DNA from: Flectonema sp. DT1601
Lineage: Eukaryota
Direction of reading: 5' to 3'
Assembly (NCBI GenBank): GCA_964019425.1
Contig: OZ025783.1
Span: 1,612,001-1,676,000 of the forward strand
DNA: 64,000 nucleotides
Shown one piece after another: positions 11,637-23,145 of this stretch. A program made the translations under genes and the position numbers. How positions within the stretch are numbered: position 1 is the stretch's first letter; each line of letters begins with the position of its first letter. The notes beneath the pieces were generated by a model, which saw only the letters and a list, made by a program, of their open reading frames with translations, ran no database searches and had not been told where the DNA came from.

Positions 11637-13458
11637 ATGACTACAGACATAGAAAGACCTCGTGGAGGTAAACTCCCGACATTATTGCATGAATTAAAAA
11701 CAACAAAGAACGGAAGTCTTCTTGGAGATGTTTCATGGGGAGATGATGTTAATAGCGAAGTACTTTTTGAGGCTGAGAAGATAGCTGCTAGAATGACTGG
11801 ATGGGTTGGATCTGAAAGAAGAAAACAAGACAGCAACGCTGCAATCATTAAATCAAATGACATTATAGATCACTACCTCAGACTAGTTCAGTCTGATACA
11901 GCTTCATTACCTGAAGAGGAAGACCCAACAAATTACACTGCTCTATTTAATCAGATTACACTTGACAAAGATTTGTATTCAGATATTGACCAACCAGAGA
12001 CAAAGATGTGGGAGATCACTATTCAGGCTTTTCGTACAATATTCTATTTTGGAACTCAGTACAGTGTCTCTCTCACTAAGAAGTTTAGACGTATTGAAGA
12101 ATGTCTTGTTAGGGTTGAATCACTTCTTAAAAAGACAAAGTTACACAGCGTTGAGTTATCTGATTTGCTGAACCCTGTGATTAGAATGGCTTCAAGAATA
12201 GCACAAAGACCATCAGTTGATGACTTGCTTAATACGATTAATCAGAATATAGAAACTGCTGATTTAAAATCTCGAAAACTTCTCAAAGAATCAGAACAAT
12301 TCTCCTCATCTGGTGACATGGACTTCGCTCACAGCAAGCTCGTAGAAAGGGCGGATAACCTTTATGGTATAGTTGTTTTATTCTCTCTAATTTTTTTTTT
12401 TTTTTGATGTAATTATTTTTAATAAAATAAAAATAAAAAAAACAGAAATCGTATCATCAGAACTAAGTAAGTATCCATTCATTGAAAAGGAAAAAAGCGA
12501 CTTCCTAAAAGCTGAGGGGAAGACGGTAGATGACATTTGTAAAATGCAGCGACTTGACATCGACAAGTTAAAACTATTAAACAAGTCGCTCATTCAAAGG
12601 ATCGAAGACGACACGAAAGCATTAAATAATAAAATGTCAGAACTATGTGATTGGTCATTAGTTGAGGAAAAGTCTCATCAAAGTTGGATAAATGAGTGCA
12701 ACAACAACCTCAGAACTCTTCAACTCAAAGTAGGTGACTCATGGGATATCATTCACACTCAAGAACTAAAACTAAAATCATACGCACAGCAGAGAACATC
12801 TTTAGTAACAGAAAAGATATCTCGATGTAGAGAATTTCAACAGAAGAAACAAACTTTTGAATCTTGTCACGGTCAATACACGAAACGTCGGTCTCTCTTA
12901 CGACTAAATAAGGAAGCCCATCAAATCAATAAAACCTTGTATAATACTTGTGGATCTATACTTGATGAAATGAATAATGAAATTCAACGTTTTATCAAAG
13001 AAATGGACAAAGAATTGAATGACACCAGAGATGATGTAGACCTGAAGTATGACAACGCTTTTCGTTCTTATTACAGTCAGGTGATGGATTTGAGCCATCG
13101 AAAAGAAAAGTTTATATCAACACTTCAGAAGCGACATGAATATGAGACGACAAAGAAAGAAGCAGCAGATGCTATATTCAGTCCTGAATCTCGCAGACAC
13201 GTTGATAACATGAAAGAAATTGATAAGACAATTACTACCATCTCTACTGAGAATAGAGACCTTAAAAAACGAGCTCAAGCTGCACTCACAATCTACAATG
13301 AGAGTGCAGGCCCAAGACTATCGCTATTAGAGGGGTACGTCCATCCTTCAGAAGAAGTAGAAGAAGACAGAAAAGAAAAACAACGAAGAATGTCTCAACT
13401 TCTTCAAGAAGAAGAAGAAGAAGAAGATGATGCAAATATATTATCTAATTCTGAATAA
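11637..13458 (+). CDS. Paraflagellar rod protein family member (divergent PFR/PFC-like), 2 exons (11637..12366, 12446..13458)
   Basis: Intron 12367-12445 joins two ORFs. FRSYY...RKEK...FSPESRRH...YVHPSEE matches recalled PFR1/2 motifs FRxLY...KKEK...FDPNAKKH...FxHPxDE. Confidence 0.75.
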
Positions 13459-13719
13459 GACAACACAATGTTGACTTATGACCTTCACTTCTGTGAATGG
13501 TCGTGATACCGAAATACTATTTGTTGTTGGTTTTTTGTATTTGAAAAAATTCAAAGCTATTTCTCTCTTTACATAATTAGAATCCAAATGAAACCAATGA
13601 GATAATACAACAAGTGAATGAAATAAATTATTATCATTATTATGTTTCTTACAACCCCTTTTTTTTCTTTTCTCAGTGATTCACAAAATCAACATACCTA
13701 TGTAGTGAATCACGGAGAT

Positions 13720-15645
13720 ATGGGTTTATTTGGAAAGGCAAAACCCGAAGACGGTTATGGCGAGCCACCAGTAGTTCCAAAGTTTAATTTACTGTCAAAT
13801 GTTCACTGGGTGCGCATCGTCGACAAAATTAGCTCTCGGGGTGAGAGGCAGAAACGAGCAGCAATCTTGTCATCGGAATGTCTTGTTTTGTGTAAAGCAA
13901 ATAGTTTTGAGGTTAAGCGGATCGTTAGTGTGTCAGCCATCACTAAGTTAATAACTCAAGAAAAGCCACCAATGACAGAGCTGAATGGACCTTCTGGAGA
14001 AGGTTTCGCAATTCTAATGAAAATACCAACAGAATACGACCTAATAATATGCCAACCAAAACAACAAAAATCAGGATACGCAAGTCAACGAGACCTAGTA
14101 GACCTGACGCAGGCTCTAACTGTTTGTAAGAAGACTCGTGTTAATGAGGATGGTGCTGCTCAGATTTCCAAAGAAACACCGAAATTTCCAATAATCCAAA
14201 TAGGACCCTCAAAGAGAATATTCGCTCATGCGATGTTGTTAAAAGGAAAGCCTCACGTGTATCCAACTCAGAAGACTTTCGATCAATTAAATTCGTTATT
14301 TATGAAACACACTCCACTTCCTGATGGTGATCATCAAGAGTTACTTGAAGAAGTACACGAGCTCATTGAGGATGATGAGGCTAGCAAAGACAAGAAGACT
14401 GAAAAAGCAGAAAAAGAAAAACAAGAACAACCAAACAAAGAACAACAACCGGAAGATGGAAAAAGTAACACCTCAGCGAAAGCAAAAAATGAAACACCGA
14501 CTCCGACTAACCCAAACGCAAACGAACCGAATTGGAAGAATATTTTAAAAGCTCAACAGAGAATGTCGTCTTCTTATCGAGATCTCACTGGATTGAATCA
14601 ACAGTTTGGGAAAAGTAATTTTGGAGGTGACACGGCATCTGTTCAAAGTTTTGGAAACCTGAGGGAACCTCAAAAGAGTACCTTCGGAAACACAACACCT
14701 CTCAGACTTAATGAATACGGTCACAGTGGTGAATGGAGAGGATCTAATACTGAAAACTATTGTTCCTTAATGGATGATATTGATGGTGTTCTCTGTGGTC
14801 ATCCAGGAGGAAGAATCCACCAAGATCACTGGAGTTGTTGTGGAGCTCTGACAATGGATTCTTATTGTGGATTACCAAATCCTTTCTCACCTATTCCACC
14901 TGACGAGTTACTAAAACCTGTTGATAAACCAGAAGGACGCAAACGACTCTCTCGCCGAAACTCAGAATTTACTCAAGGTAGTTTCTTAGTTCCGGATGTT
15001 GCTTCTGAGACTCATACGAATGCCTCTGCTATTACTGGAGAACACGCGACAGCTTGTCAAGTATGTGTGGCTCCATTTACAGCAACTGTGAAGTCAAGAC
15101 TGTGTAAGAGATGTGGATGTACAACATGTGAGAAGTGTTGTCCTCATTTAATGAGAATACCAGGTACTTATGGACCTGGAAGAGTATGTACTGCGTGTTA
15201 TCAAGAAATAGCTGAAGGTGGTGGTGACCTCCACAGAAGTAGAGCCAGTTCTCATATGTCACTTCGGACGTATTCTGATCAACAAAGTCTTGATGGTTCA
15301 CTTGCTGCTGCAGAAGACTTGTCGATTGCAACTGATGCCATGATAGCTGCGACAGTCTGTCTTGTTACAAACTCGACTGTTTTCCGGAAACGACGTAAGA
15401 AAAAGAAAAAGAAAGAACCAGTCGCTCCTCTTGCATATCCAGGCGCATATCCAGGCTACCCACCTCACATGTTACCACAACACACACAGAAACCAGCTCA
15501 CCCTTCAGCAGCGTATTTTAGTAAGTCATATGTACCTCACTGGAAGCAATCAGGTGCTGTAACTGTTGGTGTTCCTAAACAAACATCTTCTGATAAGTTT
15601 TGGTCTGGATTTATGAATGAGTGGGATGATGCTGCTGCTTTGTAA
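13720..15645 (+). CDS. PH/TH1-like N-terminal domain, BTK-like Zn motif and degenerate FYVE-type zinc finger protein
   Basis: VDKISSRGERQKRAAILS...EYDLII; GHPGGRIHQDHWSCCG; CQVC...CKRCGCTTCEKC...RVCTAC (8-Cys FYVE spacing but lacking RRHHCR). Confidence 0.7.
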   Translation: MGLFGKAKPEDGYGEPPVVPKFNLLSNVHWVRIVDKISSRGERQKRAAILSSECLVLCKANSFEVKRIVSVSAITKLITQEKPPMTELNGPSGEGFAILMKIPTEYDLIICQPKQQKSGYASQRDLVDLTQALTVCKKTRVNEDGAAQISKETPKFPIIQIGPSKRIFAHAMLLKGKPHVYPTQKTFDQLNSLFMKHTPLPDGDHQELLEEVHELIEDDEASKDKKTEKAEKEKQEQPNKEQQPEDGKSNTSAKAKNETPTPTNPNANEPNWKNILKAQQRMSSSYRDLTGLNQQFGKSNFGGDTASVQSFGNLREPQKSTFGNTTPLRLNEYGHSGEWRGSNTENYCSLMDDIDGVLCGHPGGRIHQDHWSCCGALTMDSYCGLPNPFSPIPPDELLKPVDKPEGRKRLSRRNSEFTQGSFLVPDVASETHTNASAITGEHATACQVCVAPFTATVKSRLCKRCGCTTCEKCCPHLMRIPGTYGPGRVCTACYQEIAEGGGDLHRSRASSHMSLRTYSDQQSLDGSLAAAEDLSIATDAMIAATVCLVTNSTVFRKRRKKKKKKEPVAPLAYPGAYPGYPPHMLPQHTQKPAHPSAAYFSKSYVPHWKQSGAVTVGVPKQTSSDKFWSGFMNEWDDAAAL

Positions 15646-15850
15646 CAGTTTTGTATTTCGTTTTTCAAACAATAGAAAAGTAATTTTTTTAGTTTTTTAT
15701 GTTTTATATCACTCTGGTTAAGACACGACAAGACGATTAGATTTAAGTCCTTAGTTTCGTCACACAGTATTATTAGTTGATCTTAAGCAATTGTTATTAT
15801 TTACAAATCGAATTTTTTTTTTTTTTAAAGTCTGGCTGGTAAAACAAAAC

Positions 15851-16954
15851 ATGAGTACCACACTGGATGAACAACGAGGAGGAGGAATAGTTGCAGAACT
15901 CGCTGAAAACTTGACCGAAACCTTAGAGGGCAATGCTCTGAAATCATTGCCTTGGGAAGATCGTAAAGACATGTGGAAGGAATGGACGAAGGAATTAAAA
16001 TCAGCAGAGAAAAAATATCAAACTCAGTCTTCAGGATCGAACGTCACATTCCGTGAAGTCTTCTTACAATCAAATGTACTTGAGAAAGTTATTAGCAGCG
16101 CTTTTCAAAATACAACATCACCACCGAAAGATGAATTCACAGACTTACTAGCTGGTTGTCTCTGTACTGGTGAAGGGAAGTATACAGACGTTTTAGTTGA
16201 TCAATTATGGAGTTTAATCCCACTTACAGGTGGTATGAACCACCCTGATGCCGATCCAGATAAGAGAATAGCACTACAGCGATTAGTTGATGTCTTAGTT
16301 GAATGTTTTACACTTTTTAAAGCAGTTCCAACTGACTTAAGCAGAGCAAAACAACTTGCCAATGAGCAAAGTAGTTGGCAGGTTGAACCGTCAATATCGG
16401 TAAGTTCAGAAACTGATTTAAGAGATTTGTTAAAAATGTCTCAATCTCGAAGGACGTTCATCGCTGATGTGCTGTCGAAAACGATGTTACAATCCAGTCA
16501 TGTGAAATACTCTAAAAAAGTATTGTTACAAAAGGTTCAACATCTCCAAGAGTTCATTGAGAATAAGTTAAAGAATATTGCTTCTGACCATGATGATATT
16601 TATAAAGAGGAAAAGACTCAATTACAACTTTTTAAATCCGGTATGACCGTGTCTGAATTAGAGCTATACTCTCTCGAAGCTGAGTGCACGACGATAGAAC
16701 AAAAACGAGCGGAGTTGACTGCTGAACTTGAATCCCTCCGACAGTCGGAGTTAACCGCAAAATCAAAAATTAAAGAAATAACTACTTTGCGAAAGGAACT
16801 GCAAGGTGCACACTCACGAGTTTCAAACGAAATAAGAAACCATTCGAAAATCAGCAAGCAGCTTGAAACAGATTACGGAAAGGAATCGGACTCAATAAAA
16901 AAGGTTTGTCAAAATGTGACTCAATTTAAAATCAAACATTTTTATTTTTTTAAA

Positions 16955-16989
<35 letters not shown>

Positions 16990-17587
16990 GTTTTCAATAT
17001 TCGTCAGCGGATCTCATAAATTGGCGTCTGAATTCGCAAAGAAATGTTTGGATAAGAAAGTAGAAGCGACTCGTGATGCGTATTGTCACTTCTTGAAATC
17101 AGCTCAACCTCGACTGAAAATATGTTATCAAGAAGTATCAAATTTAAGAAACGAGGCAGAAAAACAGAGTAAATCAATACAACAATGTGACAGCGATGAA
17201 AAAGATATACACGTTGAAAGCTTAACACAAACTGTTTCTCAAGCAACTGAATTAGTTATGAGCGCGACTCGTGTAGAGCGTGAGATTAGGACTTGGGAGA
17301 AGGAACTTTCTGTTTCTGGAAAACTAAAAGATATAGATATAGGTGAAACCCCGAATTGTATCTTCAGCTCTTTAGAAGGCATCGACAAATTAAATAAAAA
17401 TATCATCGATTTGAGTAAGAATTGGGTACCTGTTCGGAAAACAAAATCAACAAAACCGAGACGGTCACATCGGTCGAGTAATTCGGACTTCCCAACAGCG
17501 ATGTCTGATATATCCTTAACTAATACTCGAAGTTATAGTTCTTTTAGTGACATAACTCGTTGTGATAGCAGTATGCCTACGGTATAG
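15851..17587 (+). CDS. Coiled-coil hypothetical protein, 2 exons (15851..16903, 16991..17587)
   Basis: Long ORF with an in-frame 87-nt GTTTGT...CAACAG intron at 16904-16990. Confidence 0.75.
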
Positions 17588-17763
17588 TAGTCTGTTTGAT
17601 AAAACATTTGAGTAAACCACCTGCATCTGCTCCCACTGGAGGATGCCAAAGAATCGTTTTGCGATCTGCAACCACTTGTTCCTTAATACTTAGGATATCT
17701 ATTGTAGTTTTATTGTTGTTTTTTTTTGTTTATTTATGTATGTTTCTTTTTTACAAGTAAGAA

Positions 17764-18147
17764 ATGGGTGCTTGCAGCTCTACAGCTGGATCGGACACTA
17801 GGAAGAATAACAATCGGGTTTTGAAGAAGACGAAAGCTCCTCAGCAAGATAGAGTTGGGAAACGACCGAAACCAACGTTAGCATTACCAACGTCAGCTGA
17901 TGGGAAAGTTGTTAGTGACGAAGATGAAGAAGACAGCACTATAGAATTTGGAACTCCCCAACGAAGAACAAGACCAGAGCCAAAGAGCGCTCGTAAATAC
18001 ATCCGCGAAGAGGAAGCTGCTAATATGATGATGTCTGCTGACTGGAAGGACAAACCGATGACGACGTCAGAATTTCTCGGATTTCTACGGATGCGACCTG
18101 AGGAACTAAAGCCTTCATTTGTTAGTAGCAGACCAGAAGAACCGTAA
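17764..18147 (+). CDS. Small protein with dual-acylation N-terminus (MGACSS)
   Basis: G2 myristoylation with S at position 6 plus Cys4; pyrimidine tract and AG directly upstream. Confidence 0.7.
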   Translation: MGACSSTAGSDTRKNNNRVLKKTKAPQQDRVGKRPKPTLALPTSADGKVVSDEDEEDSTIEFGTPQRRTRPEPKSARKYIREEEAANMMMSADWKDKPMTTSEFLGFLRMRPEELKPSFVSSRPEEP

Positions 18148-19649
18148 AAAATATTAAATTAAAGACTTCTGAAACATCGACTTCTCCGAATAGAGCTAAA
18201 GAGTAATAGAACTATAAATAGTATCCTGTGAGAGCTTTGTGTGTCTGTCCTCCGAATAGATAAGCTGAACCCTTCACATGACATCAGGAAATCTTCCGAG
18301 TAGTTTATTGATGTGAATTGAAGACACCTCTTTTCTCTTTCATATTAACTATCTTCCTATTGTTGTGGTTGAGCAGTGTGAGACTGCTGTCTGTGATGCG
18401 TTTTGACTTGAATACTAAGTTTTGTTTCTTGGGAATACCTTCCCCACCCTGTCAGAAATGCGATGGTTTTTCCATTTTCTCCTTTTGGTTCTTCTCCTTT
18501 TTCCTTCGCTTGTAAGTTTTGCAGTTCCTTCGTGGCGTTGAAATGTAAACGCAAGTAACGTAATGCTTCTGCTTACTCATTATTATTTGGTTTTATCTTG
18601 ATGCTGAATATTATATTTCTTTGTGGGGCATCAATTGACTTTCACAGTTGAGGTTCATTCGTATTGTTTCATTACTCGTTGAAGTAGGGGACATTTGTCT
18701 CCTTTGAATATTTAGTTTCTTTTTTTTTAGTTGCTGTGGTGGTTAAGATTATTCCTATGGTATTAGTCAGTGGTGTATAAACAGCTGTTGAGGAGAGGGG
18801 TAGTTTGATTGAAAAAAATATTACTTCTCTTTGTTATATAAACTCCGAAAAAAAAAAAAGGGGAAAAAAAAAAAAAAAATAGACTTTTTGATTTAGCAGT
18901 TAATATCTAATTCGGAAAAGTATATTGAGGGGCATTGTGATTACCCTCGAAGAGGTATTTGATTTTTTTTTGAAAAAAAAAAAAAAAAAACTCGAATTGT
19001 TGCGATTATGTTGATAGCCCCACCTGTGTGAGTCTTCGCGATGTTAAATTCCCATTTCCCACTCCAACCATATGAAGGTCGCAACTTATTAGCCTCTCCC
19101 TCTAGTTTGTTGCATCTATTGTCAGTTCTCGTTTGTAGAGAATTCCAATCTTGTGTATAATTAATAGCTATAAGCCTATGAAGGGTAACGATACAACTTA
19201 ATTACCCTTTTCGTGGTATTTACAATGCATGAATACTGTTTTTTTCTGTTATTCTCAATATTTAGGAACTTTGTATCCAATGCGAGAGTAGCCACACCTG
19301 ATCTGTTTACTCAACTGTTGGTAAACGGGGTTTGGAATTCCGATGTTTAATTTATTATCTATTATCTTTTTTTTTTTTTTTTTTTTGGAGAGGAAGAAAA
19401 AAAAAAAAAAAAAAAAAAAAAAACTGTTCTGTTTTTGTCCACAGAGATGTTATCGCAGCGTAGAATTAAATCTTGCGGCTGTCGTTAACAACAATCTATC
19501 TTATAAAACTGTGAACTGTTTATTGATGGTATTAGTGGAGAGTTATTCGTTATTCAATACGCAGTTAGGCTATATTTGTAATATTTCCCTTTTTTTTTTT
19601 CAAAAAAAAAAAAATTATAATTTTTTACAACAGTCGGAGGTTACATAAA

Positions 19650-20783
19650 ATGGAAACTGTGGATTTGGGTTCGCCGATTTCAGCGGCGACGGCAGCTTCT
19701 CCCTTCCGTCTTTATGAAAATAAAGGAAAGTATCGCTGCATTCGACCGCAAACACCGAGCAGACCTGGGACGGCACACGGAGAACGATCTCTATTTGATG
19801 AAGAGAAGCCAGTGAGAAGCGTCTTCGATCCTGGAAGCAGATTTCGACACGACTTCTCAAAGTGTGTATCGAGAGCTAAAAGAGAGAGAGTAATGGGGGC
19901 TGGGATCTTAACATCTGGTCTTGATTACACGACGAGTACTGGAGGCTTGTCATCTTCTAGAAATGTTTCTGGTTTTCGAATGGCTGACATGACAAGTAGA
20001 GATCAACGTCAAAAGACGACAAATAACTCAACTCAAGGAATCAGTAACGATGGTAAATTCATGGCTGGTGCAAACATGTCTTGGAAGGCAAAAGGTGTCG
20101 TAATGATGGACAAGGGAACCAGTAGAGAAAAGCGCGCGAGGTCACAAGCTAGAGAAGCAAAGAAGTTTGACCTCCCCTGGTACGATGGAATGATACCTGA
20201 GAAGCATGTGATGGGTGTTAATATTCAAACACAAATATCAAGAAATCAACGAAATGATGACCAACACAATAGAACTATTGGACAAGATCAATACTACACA
20301 GTTCCGTCATCAAAGTTTGGAAAGAAACTTCACAGAACTATACTTCTTGGGAAGACTACATCAAGAAGTGCTCCATGTAGCTCTCGATATTCTAAACTTA
20401 ATACAAGAAAAGTTGAAGTAGCCCTTAGCGTAAGTACTGCTCAGTGTGGGTCTGGTGCAAACAATGGAAAGCATACCCATAATGTTGACTTCATGAGAAC
20501 AACTGATAGAGATCATAAAAATAAATGTGATCACTCTTTTATAAAACGACATCCTCGAAACCAAGACTGCTCTCTAATGGGACTTAAGGTTCGACATACG
20601 ATGCTTGAAAAACGTTTAAAAACTCCTGTCTGCTTTGAAAAGCAAACCTCTCGACCAGCCTTTTATAAAATTATGCACGCCCACGGACGTATTCCATACT
20701 ACGATGTTAACATTAATCCAACCAGACCTCGAGCATCAACAGGTATTTATAACTTCTATAAATCTTCAGGAATCAACAAATAG
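19650..20783 (+). CDS. Basic repeat protein with recurring [FM]xxxTSR motifs; possible axonemal microtubule-binding protein
   Basis: FSKCVSR, MADMTSR, MDKGTSR, IQTQISR, LGKTTSR, FMRTTDR, FEKQTSR at roughly 37-48 aa spacing. Confidence 0.65.
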   Translation: METVDLGSPISAATAASPFRLYENKGKYRCIRPQTPSRPGTAHGERSLFDEEKPVRSVFDPGSRFRHDFSKCVSRAKRERVMGAGILTSGLDYTTSTGGLSSSRNVSGFRMADMTSRDQRQKTTNNSTQGISNDGKFMAGANMSWKAKGVVMMDKGTSREKRARSQAREAKKFDLPWYDGMIPEKHVMGVNIQTQISRNQRNDDQHNRTIGQDQYYTVPSSKFGKKLHRTILLGKTTSRSAPCSSRYSKLNTRKVEVALSVSTAQCGSGANNGKHTHNVDFMRTTDRDHKNKCDHSFIKRHPRNQDCSLMGLKVRHTMLEKRLKTPVCFEKQTSRPAFYKIMHAHGRIPYYDVNINPTRPRASTGIYNFYKSSGINK

Positions 20784-21129
20784 TTACTATTTGTTTCCAT
20801 TTGTACATCCGTATGAAATTTCGCCTTCTTCAGGACAGGCTGTGATGTAGTGAAGACTCCCCCTCTTTGTAATCCTAGCAGTAGCAATACTGCAATAGTT
20901 GTGTTTCGTTCAGTGTCTTGCAAAAGAAGCATATTTTGTGAGCAAATAAAGCCTGCATATCGTGGCATCTTTTCATTTAGGGAGTGTAAGTAACAACTTG
21001 TTGTAAATCACTCATTTTGATGTATGCCTGGCAGACGATATTATTTTAGCCACGGATTCTGTTTGTGTAGTTTCTTAGCGGAATTATCTTTTATTGTCTT
21101 TCAGACCTCTGTCCTTACAACTCACAACA

Positions 21130-21462
21130 ATGTCTGTCTACTCGTACCTTCCATCGACCTACGCTCTTCCATCGACGTACATCTACCCGTACTCCAGCAC
21201 CACTGAGTACCTGAGCAGTGTGTACGATGCTGACTACAGAGCACGTGTTGCCAACGCTGAGGTTGCTGCCGCCAACGCCGCTGCCAGTGCTTCGATCAGA
21301 CGTGCTCGTGCTGAGACCGAATTGACGATCTCCAGACTCAACACTGAGGCTTCGATTAGACGTGCCCGTGTTGCTGCTGACGCGTACTACACTGGACCGC
21401 GTTACGCATCCACCTACTACTACGATGCTCTTGCGGGAAGCCCAAGAAGAGTCATCTACTAA
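21130..21462 (+). CDS. 110-aa multicopy protein, copy 6 (cluster C), distinct 5' leader
   Basis: Near-identical CDS; shares only about 13 nt upstream of the ATG with the other copies. Confidence 0.85.
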   Translation: MSVYSYLPSTYALPSTYIYPYSSTTEYLSSVYDADYRARVANAEVAAANAAASASIRRARAETELTISRLNTEASIRRARVAADAYYTGPRYASTYYYDALAGSPRRVIY

Positions 21463-21763
21463 GTTAGCAACACGAAGAATATAAAAAAAAAGAAATTATT
21501 TCTATGACGCCTTCCCATATGAGCGTCTGCTTTGTTTGTATCTCTCTCCCATTTTGGAAACAGTGCAGTTCGCTGTTTTTAAGTTACTTGTTACTCCCTC
21601 GACACTTGAAGTACCCCTTCAGGTTGTTAGTTATCTGTTCCTGATTGATATATAAATGACGGGATGGTTTAGTTATTTGAGTTTAAAATGATGTTCCAAA
21701 CTTCGTATTTAAATATTCATTTCTTCAGCCTTGTTTGTATTCCTTCTTCAACAACTCACAACA

Positions 21764-22096
21764 ATGTCTGTCTACTCGTACCTTCCATCGACCTACGCTC
21801 TTCCATCGACGTACATCTACCCGTACTCCAGCACCACTGAGTACCTGAGCAGTGTGTACGATGCTGACTACAGAGCACGTGTTGCCAACGCTGAGGTTGC
21901 TGCCGCCAACGCCGCTGCCAGTGCTTCGATCAGACGTGCTCGTGCTGAGACCGAATTGACGATCTCCAGACTCAACACTGAGGCTTCGATTAGACGTGCC
22001 CGTGTTGCTGCTGACGCGTACTACACTGGACCGCGTTACGCATCCACCTACTACTACGATGCTCTTGCGGGAAGCCCAAGAAGAGTCATCTACTAA
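21764..22096 (+). CDS. 110-aa multicopy protein, copy 7
   Basis: 634-bp spacing from its neighbours. Confidence 0.85.
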   Translation: MSVYSYLPSTYALPSTYIYPYSSTTEYLSSVYDADYRARVANAEVAAANAAASASIRRARAETELTISRLNTEASIRRARVAADAYYTGPRYASTYYYDALAGSPRRVIY

Positions 22097-22397
22097 ATTA
22101 GCAACACGAAAAATATAAAAAAAAAGAAATTATTTCTATGACGCCTTCCCATATGAGCGTCTGCTTTGTTTGTATCTCTCTCCCATTTTGGAAACAGTGC
22201 AGTTCGCTGTTTTTAAGTTACTTGTTACTCCCTCGACACTTGAAGTACCCCTTCAGGTTGTTAGTTATCTGTTCCTGATTGATATATAAATGACGGGATG
22301 GTTTAGTTATTTGAGTTTAAAATGATGTTCCAAACTTCGTATTTAAATATTCATTTCTTCAGCCTTGTTTGTATTCCTTCTTCAACAACTCACAACA

Positions 22398-22730
22398 ATG
22401 TCTGTCTACTCGTACCTTCCATCGACCTACGCTCTTCCATCGACGTACATCTACCCGTACTCCAGCACCACTGAGTACCTGAGCAATGTGTACGATGCTG
22501 ACTACAGAGCACGTGTTGCCAACGCTGAGGTTGCCGCCGCCAACGCCGCTGCCGATGCTTCGATCAGACGTGCTCGTGCTGAGACCGAATTGTCGATCTC
22601 CAGACTCAACACTGAGGCTTCGATTAGACGTGCCCGTGTTGCTGCTGACGCGTACTACACTGGACCGCGTTACGCATCCACCTACTACTACGATGCTCTT
22701 GCGGGAAGCCCAAGAAGAGTTATCTACTAG
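22398..22730 (+). CDS. 110-aa multicopy protein, copy 8, unique 3' UTR
   Basis: TAG stop, divergence right after the stop, one extra T-to-S change. Confidence 0.85.
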   Translation: MSVYSYLPSTYALPSTYIYPYSSTTEYLSNVYDADYRARVANAEVAAANAAADASIRRARAETELSISRLNTEASIRRARVAADAYYTGPRYASTYYYDALAGSPRRVIY

Positions 22731-23145
22731 ACTACCACAAGTTGTTTGAGTAATTAAATTTATTTATTTCAGCACCATAATGAGCCTCCAATTAATTATG
22801 TGCAAAAAAAAAAAAAAAAAAATGAAAAAGCTCAAAAAAGAAATTTAAAATATATGAAATAAAGCAGTGCTGCCAATTTGTATGGCGATCGGCTTTTTTG
22901 TTTCCCTCCCAAATACGCTTCGAAGTAACCCTTCTGTTGGCTTTATCTTTGTTTTTCTACCGTTGTAGTCTTTCGAATTGTTTTTATAAGATTCGAAACG
23001 ACATTTCCATTTAGCTATTTTTATTATTTTGTACCAAGTTGACTACTGAAAATCATATTCATACAACAGGCAGCTACAGTAGAAGTAAAACGGTTGGTTG
23101 TATTTTATTACTTTTACAAACTATTTTTGCAGGTGGGTGGCAAGG

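Noticed and set aside
16957..16990. Polyglutamine tract in the 598-aa ORF
   Set aside because: Lies in the A/C-rich 3' end of an in-frame GTTTGT...CAG intron.
7626..22730. CRISPR-like array
   Set aside because: The repeats are whole genes with identical spacers in a eukaryote; no short repeat-unique spacer pattern or cas genes.
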